Origin: Eledone cirrhosa
Lineage: Eukaryota
Length of the DNA stretch: 64,000 nt
Assembly (NCBI GenBank): GCA_964016885.1
Contig: OZ024740.1
Coordinates: 79,360,001 to 79,424,000, forward strand
Direction of reading: 5' to 3'
The notes beneath the pieces were generated by a model that saw nothing but the letters and a program-made list of their open reading frames with translations, did no database searches and was not told the DNA's origin. The position numbers and the translations under genes are program-made. How positions within the stretch are numbered: the stretch's first letter is position 1; each line of letters begins with the position of its first letter. Of the stretch, positions 12,591 to 25,289 are shown piece by piece.

Positions 12591-13409
12591 AGATTGAGGG
12601 GACGGGCGGGATGGAATTGGAAAAAATGTCTTTAGATAAAAATAACAGGTCCATTCATGTTGAAATCTCTTGCAAAACATATATATATATATAAGCAAGT
12701 GACATCACATGTAACCAAATCACTAATACGGTAATACGGGGATATCTCGGGCATAGACTATGGAATGAGAGCAATCTACCTCCGTGGTTTAAATAAAAGA
12801 TTTCGTTCAGAATTCCGATAACGATACCGAATACTATGGAAGAAGGTTGACTAAGGGTACATTTGCCGAAATGTTGTGATTATAACAACCAAGATGAAAG
12901 CAATTGTTTGAAAATAAAAGAATGAAAATTTGTTTCTAACATTGACACAAGGCCAGCAATTTGGAGAAAGGGGACGTTGATTATATCGACCCTAGTATTT
13001 GAAAATCACTTAATTATATTGACCCAGGAAATATGACAGGGAAATTTGACCACGCTGGATTCAATCTCAGAACGTAAAGAACAGCAACAAATACTACAAA
13101 GCATTTTGTTTGACGCTCTAAGGATTCAGCCAATCCACTTCCCAGCATCAGTTTGTAATAGTAAGTAGTAACTATCGTATATGATGATTGTGGTAAGGAT
13201 AGTGGAGTGAAATTATTGATTTTTTTCTAGATCTGTAGCATGCTGGTTGAACAGTTCGATGTGATCCTCAGATCTGTGGCAACTGACATTTCATATCTTT
13301 ACCCAATTAAAGATCATAATCTCCCTTTCCTCAGAATGTTTTATCATATGGGATCGATGTAGCAGTTTGAGTACGCAGCCTTTTGTTCCTCTCTCCGGAC
13401 TATTTTGTT

Positions 13410-13625
13410 ATTACGGTGGTGGTTTAGCAAGCGTCGGACAACCTGCTTCGTGGCATAGAGTTACGGCTCTTTACGATCTGAGTTCCAATCCCGCCGAGGT
13501 TGGCTTTGTTTTTCATCCTTACAGAGTCGCTAAAATAAAGCACCAGTCACGCACTGGGGTCGATTTCATCGACTTTCTCCTCTCCAAAAATTGCTGGACT
13601 TATGCATAAATCAGAAACCATTATA
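13410..13625 (+). mobile_element. tRNA-derived SINE, major family
   Basis: Same head and core as 5305. Confidence 0.8.
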
Positions 13626-13960
13626 GATCGTAAGTCTGTCCTGATAAAACACACCTACGATCATCCCGCCTTTTATTCAGATATAGTGTACCTAGGACTA
13701 CATTATTCAATGCGGCATTGAAAAAGAAAAAAAAAAGGGGAGGCAGTGGGATGTCATTTTAGGAAAAATGTGCTTCTATTTCTAGCAGGTCGGGCAACTA
13801 CGAAGAGGCACCCTAAGTCAACTCTCATTGAGCAGGTGTAAGTTTCAGGTATTTCAAGCGTGATCTTCTCATTAAAAAAAATTGAATAAGTATAGTGCAT
13901 CCGAACTACAAAATCCAATATATCCTTTCCTTTTTTAAAAAGTTAGGATATGATATAAAG

Positions 13961-14160
13961 CAGGCATGCCAAACATGCGGCCCTTTACAAGCACACCTGC
14001 GGCTCACACAAACGTTTTTACAGCGCAAGCATGTTTTATCTTCGTAATATAAAATAAAAGATATTAGTTGTAATGTGAACAATTAGTTGTCATGTGTGGC
14101 CCTCAGATAACGCATATGTGACCTATGTGACCCACGGGGTCCCTCAGTTTGACATGCCTG
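13961..14160 (+). mobile_element. 200-bp hAT MITE, deletion derivative of the element at 42391-44746
   Basis: TIRs CAGGCATGCCAAAC / GTTTGACATGCCTG; perfect 8-bp TSD ATATAAAG at 13953-13960 and 14161-14168. Confidence 0.92.
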
Positions 14161-14361
14161 ATATAAAGGATATTTGGCTTCTATTTCAAGCAGGATGAGT
14201 GACTATGTAGAGGCTTCCTCATTAGCTCGTGTGTATTCTGTCGCCAGTTGTTATGGCAATTCTAATGGCGGAGTTAGAGATCGTGATTTAGTTAATAAAT
14301 ATCACTGGAGATATTATATATAGAGACAAGGAGCACACTTCTGTTTATATAGTACATATAA

Positions 14362-14548
14362 TTGATTCTACGTTTGGCACAAGGCCAGCAAATACCCCAG
14401 TGCATTACTGGTGCTTTGTTTTATCGACCCCGTAAGGATGAAAGGCAAAGTTAACCTCGGCGGGATTTAAACTCAGAATGTAAAGGGCCATAACTCTATG
14501 CTGTAAAGCATTATGTCTGAAGCTCTTCCGATACTGCTAATCCACCGT
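14362..14548 (-). mobile_element. tRNA-derived SINE, major family, with TSD
   Basis: Core on the minus strand; flanked by direct repeat TATATAGTACATATAAT. Confidence 0.85.
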
Positions 14549-15409
14549 ATAGTGTATATAGTACATATAATGTTTAAATATCTATAGATATATTTTATAG
14601 CGTGAAAGCACGTGGCTTAGTGATTAGGATGTTCGTGAGCACGATTCATGGCGGCGCCTTGTGTCCTTAAGCGAGACACTTTATTTCCTGTTGCTCCAGT
14701 CCAGTCGACTGGCAAAAATGAGTTGTAGCTGTAAATTCAAAGGATCAGAGAATACTGGCCGGTTATGGCCGGTTTAAACACTAAAGAGTTAAGGGTATAC
14801 GTGTCTCTAGAATGCTCAGCTATTTATACGTTAATGTCACAAGCAGGCTTTTTCGTTGATTAAACAACTGGAACACTCGTCGTCGAAACAGATGGAGGTC
14901 CAACACATATTCTGTAGTACGGTGTAACATTGTAAATTTAATGGCATAAAATTAGTTATTCAATGAATATTACGCAGCTTTTATTTTCTACAAGTGACGA
15001 ATATGGCCAAACCGAATATGCATTCCATTGCTGGTGCTTCACACCAGTTAAGTAAACTTGGAGCTATTAGAAAACGCCCAAATTGAATAACCAGAATTCT
15101 ACTTATGGAAATAAGTTACACCTAAAGAAAAAACTCCGGTTGATGTCATTGAAAAACGACTATTTTCTCACGTCTCCTACTTTATACAGTGTCCTTTATC
15201 CATTTTCCATTTTACTGAATTGCAGTTTGTCATATATCGAAATTGTAACAAACATATTTCGAAAGTATGTATTTGTGTGTGTAGAAGAGAGTAGCTGGAT
15301 GACATTGAATTGCGAGGAAATCATAATACAAACATTCTCGCCATGAATTCTGTTTGAAATTTTCCTTCAAGTGTGTTAATTCTATTTTTAGTTATTCAAT
15401 CTCAAATTT

Positions 15410-16420
15410 AATAACAAGGGGAGGTAATTAAGGTTGCTGACAAATTGAGGGTTGTTTTATTATTGTAGTATTAATTTATAACACTACTACAATAATAAAA
15501 CAACCCTCAATTTGTCAGCAACCTTAATTACCTCCCTTTTTTATTAACCCCCTTTAGAACTTCCTGTGTAAATTCATAAACTTAAGCAACCTAACGGTTT
15601 ACCAACAACTTAATAACGGTTAATACAAACCCTAGAAAAGATAATTTGTAGATAAAAATTCATAAGATAATATACCTACAATAACAACATGGCCAGTAAT
15701 TCGGTAGAATTTACATTTAACAAATACCTATTGACTATAAACGACTCAAAATAATTCCATTGTTAATGGCTGTGAGTTACAAACAACATATACACATACA
15801 TACGAACTACAAGACAAAAACACTTGAATGAAAATCACATATCCAACTCTATCACGTGCTTTGCATTACACCTCACATAACAAATACCTACATTATCACC
15901 ACATGCCTCTCTAACAAATTGCACGCTATCTTAAACATTTCTAACATTTATAACATGCTTTAACACCCCACACAAAATATGTTTATTTCAACTGCATTAT
16001 GACTCTTTCCTTATACATGCCTTATTGACTGTATTGACTCCTGCATTCTACACCCATAACATTAACTGCTCTCCAATGTTAAGATATCTTATATCTTATA
16101 TCTTATGTCTATCTTATCCCACATTTTTCCTTGCTTATTTCCTTGCTTTTTGCCTGTACTTTTTGCTTATGCTCTTACATTTTCAACCAGTGCAGCCTGT
16201 AATTGTGTTCTCTCAAGCATAACACCTTGTTAACTCCTGACTCTCCACATGATGTCTATGATACTAACAACAATTATGTACGCTAAATGTTCTGAATGAC
16301 TAGGATTTTAGTCACATGTTTCGACATTCCCTATGCTCCGATGATTCCAGACTTCCCTCAGAAAGAAACAATTGTCAGCAAATGTGTTCTAAACTAAAAT
16401 TTGATCGTTTTAACACTTTG
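15410..16420 (+). mobile_element. PLE-like 3' region starting with a ~60-bp-arm hairpin and ending in a hammerhead motif
   Basis: Palindrome 15410-15546 (GGGGAGGTAATTAAGGTTGCTGACAAATTGAGGGTTG...). TGCT-CCGATGA-TTC...GAAa-GAAAC-AATT-GTC-AGCA at 16334-16380 (U4 mutated to C). Confidence 0.6.
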
Positions 16421-16469
<49 letters not shown>

Positions 16470-16473
<4 letters not shown>

Positions 16474-16685
16474 CGATTCCTGAGAGGGTCGTGGGGGCAA
16501 AGTCCTTTAACATTTCTTCCAGCGGGTCCTGTCAGCAACAACTGTCTCCAACTGATCCGGTTGAATCCCCAAGCGTGACTAGCCAAGCTCATAGATTTTA
16601 TCCAACCATCTTTTTCTGGGTCTACCCCTGGGTCTCTTGCCGGCTGGTTTTGCCCGTAAAATCTGTCCACCGATTCTTTCCTGAT
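16470..16685 (-). mobile_element. RTE LINE 3' fragment, same family as 1-1192
   Basis: Reverse complement of the QILRAKP...GRPR.RWLD region. Confidence 0.8.
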
Positions 16686-18184
16686 ATCATCATCATCATT
16701 TTACGTCTGCTTTTCCCTGCTTGCAAGGGTGGGATGGGTCCTATTTAGCACAGCATCTCTCCACTTGTCACGGTCCTTCGTCATATCCTCCGTGAGTTTC
16801 AACGATCTGAGGTCTGCTCTCACCAACTCCGCCCATGTTTTTCGCGGTGTACCTCTACTGCGTCTTCCTTCTACTGGGATTTCTTGGCACTTCTTTACCC
16901 AGCAGTCATCCTCCATGCGCATCACATGTCCATACCATCTCAGTCTTCTCTCCTGCACACCACAACTTATCCCTCTTATACCCAGTTTCTTTCTCAAATC
17001 GTCTATGCTTGGTCGTTCACGCACATTGACATTGCACATCCAACGGAGCATACTTGTTTCATTTCTCTCCAGCCGTCGCATATCCTCTGCAGTTCCTGCC
17101 CATGTCTCACTACCATTAGCATCGCGCATCCCACACAGACATCATATAACCGTCCTTTCGTACGCAGGGAGAAACCCTTCTTTGTCAACGGAATACCCCC
17201 TCCCATGCTAATCTGATCACCTAGGTACCGGAAGCTATCAACCAATTCTATAGAACCCCCGCATTGGAAAAATGTGTAAATCACTGCGATTACTACTGCC
17301 AACTTTCCATGTACATCTACTGCATACGTAGTTTTCCCTACCTGTTAGTTTGCCTGTTATCCCACTACATCTCTTGTGTACCCAAGATCTGCATTGCGTA
17401 CATTTTATGGAATTTATGCCAGTTCCTTTCCTAGATATCGAACATGGCCATTTCCCCGATGGAATCAGAGTATTGTCCTCTCTTCTACTTATCAACACTT
17501 TTGTCTTAGCTATGTTCACTCTCAGTCCCCTTGATTCCAACTGCTGTTTCCATAGCCAGAATTTATTCTCTATCTCCTCTACTGATTCTGCTATAAGAAC
17601 CAGATAATCAGCATAGAGAAGTTCCCATGGGCATCCAGTCTTAAACTCCTCTGTTATGGCTTGGAGGACTATAATGAACAAGAGCGAGCTGAGGACCGAA
17701 CCCTGATGTACACCTACTTGTATCTGGAATTCCTCACTAAACTCCATTCCTACTCTCACTTTACTGACAGCACTCCTGTACATAGCTTGCACTGTCCATT
17801 CCTCTACACCTAGTTTCCTTAGGGACCACCAGATGACAGATCGGGGTACCCTATCAAAGGCCTTCTCTAGGTCAACAAAAGCTAAGTATAGTGGCTTATT
17901 CTTCTCTAAGAACCTCTCTTGTAGTTGCCTCACTAAGAAGAGGGCATCTGTTGTACTTTTCCGGGGCACAAAACCAAACTGCATCTCATCTAATTTGACC
18001 CTTTCTCTAATCAGTTGCGCTAATATTCTCTCTGCCACTTTCATAACCTGATCCATCAGCTTTACCTTTGTAGCAATTTATCTTTACTTTTGTAGCAATT
18101 TATCTTCACCTTTGTAGCAATTTATGAGAATACGGCTGCGCCAGTCTTTGGGTATAACACCACCATATATAGCTTGATTGATTA

Positions 18185-20375
18185 TTGGTCTGCGATGTTT
18201 TCAAGGTCTAACATATAATACATGATTTTAGGCCAGTTTTTTGCACTGAATCCAAAAACCATGCTCATTTTACTCAATCAGATCAGGTTAATGAAATATT
18301 AGCACATTAAAAATATCCTAAATTCCGATCTATTTGTAAGTGAATAAAACGCAATATTGAAAATATTAGACTGATTTATTCACAGAAGGCTTACAAAATA
18401 TTTTGAATAGATAGCAAGAAGAGTATAATGAACTAAGGAGGCTACTCATGGATTAATGGTCTCTTCAGGGACTTCCGTTTGTGCTGAGCAGACTGCGCAT
18501 CCCTCTTTAGGCACCAGCAGTAGTCGGCCAGAAAGTTGACATCCCATCGGCCTTGATAGCGTTCCTCCATAACACTGATATCTTGGTGAAAGCGCTCACC
18601 ATGTTCTTCACTGAAGTCTCCACAATTCTCTGGAAAATAGTCCAGATGAGACCGGAGGAAGTGCATTTTCAGTGACACGCGCGCACCAAGTTGGCGGAAA
18701 TTCTCCATTAACTCATCAACCACCTTCTGATACTGGGAACTTCTGTGGTTGCCAAGGAAGTTTGCAATGACTGACTTAAGGGACAACCACGCAGAGAGTT
18801 CAGCAGGATTCAGTGCATCATCAAAACTAGTATCCTTGATGAGTTCCCTTATTTGAGGACCATCAAATACACCTGCCTTAATTTTCTCCATGCTTTTTCG
18901 TTGAAACTTCTGATGGAGGAAAGCAAATCCTCCACCTTCCCTATCCAATGCCTTTACAAAGTTCTTCATGAGACCGAGTTTGATGTGGAGGGATGCAAGC
19001 AATATCTTGCTCGGTTCAACCAGAGGGTGGGACAAAACGTTGTGTGATCCAGGTTTTAATCCTTGTCTTAATGGCCACTCTTGTCTGACATAATGCTGGT
19101 CATCAGCACGGCTATCCCATAAGCACAGAAAGCATGGATACTTTGTGTAACCACCTTGAAGTCCTAGGATGAGTCCAACAACTTTAAGATCTCCACAGAT
19201 CAACCATTTATGTTTCTGGTAGTTCAGAGCAGACAACAGACGTTCCATGCTTTTGTGGGATTCTTTCATTTCAACTGAGTGCCCAACAGGGATCGATAAA
19301 AACTTGTTTCCGATATTCAGAAGAACTGCTTTGAGACTTCTGTTAGATGAGTCAATGAAAAGTCTCCATTCCATAGCATCATACTTCAGACCAAGTAATT
19401 CAATCAGGTCAGCAATATTGCTACAGTAGACCAGTGAAGATGCTTCATCAAACATGAAGAATTTTCTAAATTCTCTCTCGCGGTCCCGATACCAATAGAA
19501 TGTTGTTCCTGGCGCCAGTAGACGTTTCTCTCGAAGACGAGAACCCAGTAGCTGGGCAGACTCCTTCGAAAGGTTCAGGTCTCGTGTCAGGTCATTGAAT
19601 TCGGCTTGGGTCAAAGGCACCGGTTGGTCGTCCTCTTCTGACCTGTATTCATCACACTTAGCTGTATCTTTCATGTCACTAGATTCGGAATCAGAACTAG
19701 ATTCCATGGTGACATTTGGCTCAGGAACAGGAAGATCGGGGCCATGGGGGACTGGCTTTATGGCAGAAGGAACATCAGGGTATTGAACATGGTGCTTGTT
19801 CTTGCGATTGATGCCTTTTAGATTTGTCATGCAAAAGTAGCAGTCGGTAACGTGATCTTTCCCTTCCCTCCACACCATTGGGACACCAAATGGCATACTC
19901 TTCCTTTTCTTGTTCCTCCAATCCCGTAAGTTCTCTACACATGGTTTGCAGCAGATATGGGGAGCGAATAGCTTATCCTGGTCCCTTAGTTTGACTCCAA
20001 AGTAAGCGTGATATGCCTTCTTCACAAAATCCGTGATTTTTGCTTGACGGTCTGGAAGAACGACATGTCCGCAGATGTAACAGAACCTATTAGAATGGTT
20101 TTTACACTTCCGATCCATTTTTCTAGACCTGAAAAGAGAAATAAAAATAATTATTAAAGGTTACCCACGACCCGGTTTTGCAAAAGCAAAGCCCATAAAC
20201 GCTTGGATTGCGATATTTTAGAAAAATATGCCGGAAAAGAAATAGACTATATCTTAGAAACCAGACCTGACCCAGAAAAATAAACTATATTTTTGAATTC
20301 AGCATGCAAAAAGGGTCCTAAATCATTTGGAAAACCCTTGACCTTTATAAAAAAGTTTTGAAACGCAGACCAGTG
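18185..20375 (-). mobile_element. Chapaev3-like (CMC superfamily) DNA transposon, ~2.2 kb
   Basis: Right end ...CGCAGACCAGTG (CAC-start TIR on the minus strand); left end TTGGTCTGCG lacks the terminal 2 nt. 3-bp TSD TTA at 18182-18184 and 20376-20378; removing the element restores the LINE frame R-I-I-N-Q-A. Confidence 0.8.
18442..20118 (-). CDS. Intact 558-aa DDE transposase, Chapaev3-like
   Basis: N-terminal Cys/His finger (FCYICG, HICCKPC, HVTDCYFC); candidate catalytic residues in LFIDSS, ICGDLKV and EHGERFH; CFLC and HFLRSH zinc ligands. No stops. Confidence 0.85.
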   Translation of the reverse strand: MDRKCKNHSNRFCYICGHVVLPDRQAKITDFVKKAYHAYFGVKLRDQDKLFAPHICCKPCVENLRDWRNKKRKSMPFGVPMVWREGKDHVTDCYFCMTNLKGINRKNKHHVQYPDVPSAIKPVPHGPDLPVPEPNVTMESSSDSESSDMKDTAKCDEYRSEEDDQPVPLTQAEFNDLTRDLNLSKESAQLLGSRLREKRLLAPGTTFYWYRDREREFRKFFMFDEASSLVYCSNIADLIELLGLKYDAMEWRLFIDSSNRSLKAVLLNIGNKFLSIPVGHSVEMKESHKSMERLLSALNYQKHKWLICGDLKVVGLILGLQGGYTKYPCFLCLWDSRADDQHYVRQEWPLRQGLKPGSHNVLSHPLVEPSKILLASLHIKLGLMKNFVKALDREGGGFAFLHQKFQRKSMEKIKAGVFDGPQIRELIKDTSFDDALNPAELSAWLSLKSVIANFLGNHRSSQYQKVVDELMENFRQLGARVSLKMHFLRSHLDYFPENCGDFSEEHGERFHQDISVMEERYQGRWDVNFLADYCWCLKRDAQSAQHKRKSLKRPLIHE

Positions 20376-21046
20376 TTATGCGTGCAACCAGTTTAATGCC
20401 TACTTCTCCAGATGCCTTCAGCATCTCAGCAACTAGCCCCGACGGTCCAGCAGCCTTACCATTCTTCATTTTCTTAATTGCCTCTTGTACCCTATATTCG
20501 TCAATCTCAATAGCTGGTCCCTCTGTCGGGTCTACTTGGGTAATTTCTCTTTCTCCCATTCGTTCTCCACATTCATCAGTCTCTCATAATGACATTTCCA
20601 GGCCTCCTTTTTTTGATAATTCGTGACACTAAGTACACCGGCATCATTCTTGACACACCTATCTCCAACAACATCCTGATTTGCACTGACACACTACCTT
20701 GCAATGCGGAACACCGCACGTCTCTGATCTTCCAGTCGCAGAACATTGGCAAACCTCCTACTCTCAGCCTCCCTGCGTGCTAAGTACACCAGACGTCTAG
20801 CTTCTCTCTTAGCGGCTGTGTATCCTTCTTTACTCCCACCATTTTCCAAGCTTTCCATGTCAGTCTTTTGTCTCTAATGGCCCTATCTACCGTGCTGTTC
20901 CACCACCAGGTCCCTCTCTGTCTGGTTGATGCTCTGCCCCAGCCACAAGTTTCTTCAGTAGCCTGCAGTAAGTTGTCACGCAAGAAATTCCAGTTGTTAT
21001 CTATGTCATATATATATATATATATATAATATAATACATATATGTA

Positions 21047-21150
<104 letters not shown>

Positions 21151-21185
21151 ATATATATGTGTGTGTGTGTGTGTGTGTATATATA

Positions 21186-21265
<80 letters not shown>

Positions 21266-21485
21266 TGTGAGAAAAACCACAGACCCTCCATCTCAACTCT
21301 ACTTTTGAAAAGCAGAAGTACTGCGAAACCGGTAAAGGGACCAAATAAATATATATATATTTTTTTAAATAAGAGTTCAGTTGCATTTTCAATTTCATCA
21401 ATTTTTCTTTATACTTTCACTCGTGTAGGACACCTCGGTTATTGTTCATTTCGTAAAAAAACGTCACTTTCTAATATATATATAT

Positions 21486-21669
21486 ATATTTATTAAAATA
21501 ACAGATTAAAGTTTAAGCAAAGAATCGCTGCTTTCACCCTTAACGGGATCTTCTGAAACTTCTTTGCTTAAACTTTAATCTGTTATTTTAATAAATATTT
21601 TCTCTACGGTTCTTATATATTTGATATATATTTATCCTTATCGAACCCTCTTTGGATTTTAGTCTTCAA

Positions 21670-21680
<11 letters not shown>
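21486..21680 (+). repeat. Inverted arm + tail element (family C)
   Basis: TTTATTAAAATAACAGATTAAAGTTTAAGCAAAGAA inverted at ~21560-21598, then a ~80-nt tail. Other pieces at 10145-10200 and 12190-12320. Confidence 0.7.
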
Positions 21681-21766
<86 letters not shown>

Positions 21767-21805
21767 GTGACGTTTTCTTACATATATTACATATATGAAA
21801 GTGAC

Positions 21806-21846
<41 letters not shown>

Positions 21847-21847
<1 letters not shown>

Positions 21848-23195
21848 GAAAAAAGATTGTCCTTCATCAGTGATCTTCCAACCATCATAAGCATTTCATC
21901 GCTTTAAAGACCATATACCTCCGGTTGGTGCGAGCAACGGCTAAAAAAAGTCGTTGGGACACGTAAATAAAGGGGACGCGAGGGTAAACAAACAAAATGG
22001 TGAAGCAACAGAAAGTGAGGAAGAAAGAGACAAGTCCCAGATTTCTATGAATTTAAGTTCGGTGAAATCGTGAACGAGAGAATAAAGACCATCAAACCTG
22101 GTTGAAATGTGAGCAAGGAAGGAATTTCGCACAGGTCTAACGGGAGGAAGAAGGGATCTGGTCTGCGAATTCGGTAAACATAAGTTCTGTGAAATCGTAG
22201 ACGAGAGAGAAAAAATTCCGACCAGCTTGGCCGAGAATGTGAAAGAAAAGAATTACTCACAGGTCAAACGGGAAGAAAGAGGAGGAGGAGAGGTAGTGAC
22301 AGAGAATGAGTGAGTGAAGGGTGAGGAAGAGGCTAACAGAGAGAGAGACTGCTAGAAAGGGTAAAGATACATAGAACGAAAAAGACGGTGTAGCAGCTAC
22401 CCTCGCGTCCCCTTTATTTACGTGTCCCAACGACTTTTTTTAGCCGCTGCTCGCACCAACCGGAGGTTAATGGTCTTTAAAGCGATGAAATGCCTATGAT
22501 GGTTGGAAGATCACTGATGAAGGACAAACTTTTTTCATATGTAACCCATTTGCAACTCCGCAGCGCCCTTATTATCATATTTACACATATTTTTTCCTCT
22601 GCTACTACACCGTCTTTTTCGTTCTATGTATCTTTACCCTTTCTAGCAGTCTATCTCTCTGTTAGCCTCTTCCTCACCCTTCACTCACTCATTCTCTGTC
22701 ACTACCTCTCCTCCTCCTCCTCTTTCTTCCCGTTTGACCTGTGAGTAATTCTTTTCTCTCACATTCTCGGCCAAGCTGGTCGGAATTTTTTCTCTCTCGT
22801 CTACGATTTCACAGAACTTATGTTTACCGAATTCGCAGACCAGACCCCTTCTTCCTCCCGTTAGACCTGTGCGAAATTCCTTCCTTGCTCACATTTCAAC
22901 CAGGTTTGATGGTCTTTATTCTCTCGTTCACGATTTCACCGAACTTAAATTCATAGAAATCTGGGACTTGTCTCTTTCTTCCTCACTTTCTGTTGTTTCA
23001 CCATTTTGTTTGCTTACCCTCGCGTCCCCTTTATTTACGTGTCCCAACGACTTTTTTTAGCCGTTGCTCGCACCAACCGGAGGTATATGGTCTTTAAAGC
23101 GATGAAATGCTTATGATGGTTGGAAGATCACTGATGAAGGACAAACTTTTTTCATATGTAACCCATTTGCAACTCCGCAGCGCCCTTATTATCAT
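21847..23195. mobile_element. Non-coding element in inverted + partial-tandem arrangement (618-bp unit)
   Basis: Minus copy 21847-22398; plus-strand partial tandem with TACCCTCGCGTCCCC at 22398 and 23016. Copies are nearly identical; flanked by (TA)n; contains ATCA-CTGATGA-AGGAC. Confidence 0.85.
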
Positions 23196-23283
23196 ATATA
23201 TATATATATATAATTGCAAACGAATCGAATATTATTATTAATATTCGAAAAACTCAGATTATATTTATATATATATATATATA

Positions 23284-23710
23284 ATATAATTGAATAAACA
23301 AGAGAGATGAACACTAATATAAACATACATGTGTTCGAATCGTAAGGACTAAAATTTGCTGGGGTGAAAAAATACTAACTACAGCAATATAGAATGTTAT
23401 CCTTAACTTTAAATATTAAATTAAGAAAAATTAAGAAAAATACCAGACCTATATTGGGCAAAAATGCCTTGTAATTGCCCAATATAGGTCTGTTATTTTT
23501 CTTAATTTAATATTTAAAGTTAAGGATAACATTCTATATTGCTGTAGTTAGTATTTTTTCACCCCAGCAAATTTCAGTCCTTACGATTCGAACACATGTA
23601 TGTTTATATTAGTGTTCATCTCTCTTGTTTATTCAATTATATTGTACGGCTCGGAAAAGCTTTTTTCTTAGAGCTATTTAATTGTAAGGGACTACCCTGA
23701 GTTCTTAACT

Positions 23711-23712
<2 letters not shown>
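23284..23712 (+). repeat. Fold-back element: ~180-bp inverted arms + ~70-nt tail in (TA)n
   Basis: 23284-23461 is the reverse complement of 23475-23643, with a ~13-nt loop. Confidence 0.9.
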
Positions 23713-23794
<82 letters not shown>

Positions 23795-23797
<3 letters not shown>

Positions 23798-25025
23798 AAT
23801 GGAAAAAATGAAACGAAATTTCATTTCCTACTCTTAGTACGGCTGTTACTTAAATATAAGTATGTACACGTACATACATATATGTATACAGACGTACAGT
23901 AGTAAGTATATATATATACATACATGCACACATACATATATATGTACGTATAGGTTTACCGAACATTTATTATAATGCTCGGTTTGTTTGTAAACAAACA
24001 AACAGTCCGAATTACGCCGTACAGTGTTTAGCAACCATCGTTGCCCTTTTGTTCAACACTGACAAAGGAACGATGTACTAGTTTCAAGCTTATTAGCTAT
24101 CGCCAGCATCGTATACCTTCCTGCCAGATGATTGAACGTCTGAAAGTATATACTTTCCTTATGCATATTAACAGCTGAGCAGCCGAATTTGCATATCGAG
24201 TGAGTTAGTCGGCCGGGCGCACCGAAAACGATAAATGGAAAATATGAAACGAAATTTCATTTCTCACTCTTAGTACGGCTGTTACTTAAATATAAGTATG
24301 TATACGTACATACATATATGTATACAGACGTACAGTAGTATGTATATATATATATACATACATGCACACATATATATATGTACGTATGGGTTTACCGAAC
24401 ATTTATTATAATGCTCGGTTTGTTTGTAAACAAACATATTAACGGCTGAGCAGCCTAATTTGCATATCGAGTAAGTTAGTCGGCCGGGCGCACTGAAAAC
24501 GATAAATGGAAAATATGAAACGAAATTTCATTTTTATACATCTATATATATACTATATATACATATATATACTATATATACATACTACTGTACGTCTGTA
24601 TACATATATGTATGTACGTATACATACTTATATTTAAGTAACAGCTGTACTAACAGTGAGAAATGAAATTTCGTTTCATTTTTTCCATTTACTAACTCAC
24701 TCGATATGCAAATTAGGCTGCTCAGCCCTTAATATGCATAAGGAAAGTATATACTTTCAGACGTTCAATCATCTGGCAGGAAGGTATACGATGCTGGCGA
24801 TAGCTAATAAGCTTGAAACTAGTACATCGTTCCTTTGTCAGTGTTGAACAAAAGAGCAACGATGGTTGCTAAACACTGTACGGCGTAATTCGGGATGTTT
24901 GTTTACAAACACACCGAGCATTATAATAAATGTTCGGTAAATCCATACGTACATATATATATGTATGTATGTATATACATACTACTGTACGTCTGTATAT
25001 ATATATGCATGTACGTATACATACT

Positions 25026-25030
<5 letters not shown>
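23795..25030. repeat. Family B array: tandem copies followed by an inverted copy
   Basis: Unit starts at ~23796, ~24231 and ~24502; reverse-complement copy at ~24580-25030. Confidence 0.8.
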
Positions 25031-25054
<24 letters not shown>

Positions 25055-25059
<5 letters not shown>

Positions 25060-25247
25060 AAAAAAGTATGACCCCGACGGCAGAGCTCAAGCCGTTTCGA
25101 CGGCTAATTCTGGACCAGAAATAGCCGTCGAAACGGCTTCAGCTCTGCCGTCGAGGTCATACTTTTTCCTATCTCCCACTCTACTACCCTAAGTATTGAG
25201 TACTCTGGTGCGTTATGGTCCATCTGGTTCCTTACCACAATTCTTTG

Positions 25248-25250
<3 letters not shown>
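25055..25250 (+). repeat. Hairpin+tail element, copy 5 of 5
   Basis: GGAAAAAAGTATGACC...GTTTCGACGGCTA...TAGCCGTCGAAAC...GGTCATACTTTTTCC, then tail and (TA)n. Confidence 0.85.

Positions 25251-25289
<39 letters not shown>

Larger units (their letters stand above)
16688..21008 (-). mobile_element. RTE-clade LINE, 5'-truncated and frameshifted, interrupted by a DNA transposon
   Basis: WWWNSTV, MKNGKAAGPSG, QFGFVPRKSTTDA, FVDLEKAFDRVPR, GVHQGSVLS, LLYADYL, a PHD-like insert, FRYLGD, RLRWYGHVMR; (ATG)n tail at 16688-16699. Confidence 0.92.

Noticed and set aside
12835-12880. Hammerhead-like GGAAGAAGG...GCCGAAATGTTG
   Set aside because: The CUGA core is lost and the stems do not pair; at most a dead relic.
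22045-23060. Mirror-image 63-aa and 71-aa ORFs on both strands
   Set aside because: By-product of the inverted duplication; non-ATG starts and no recognisable domain.
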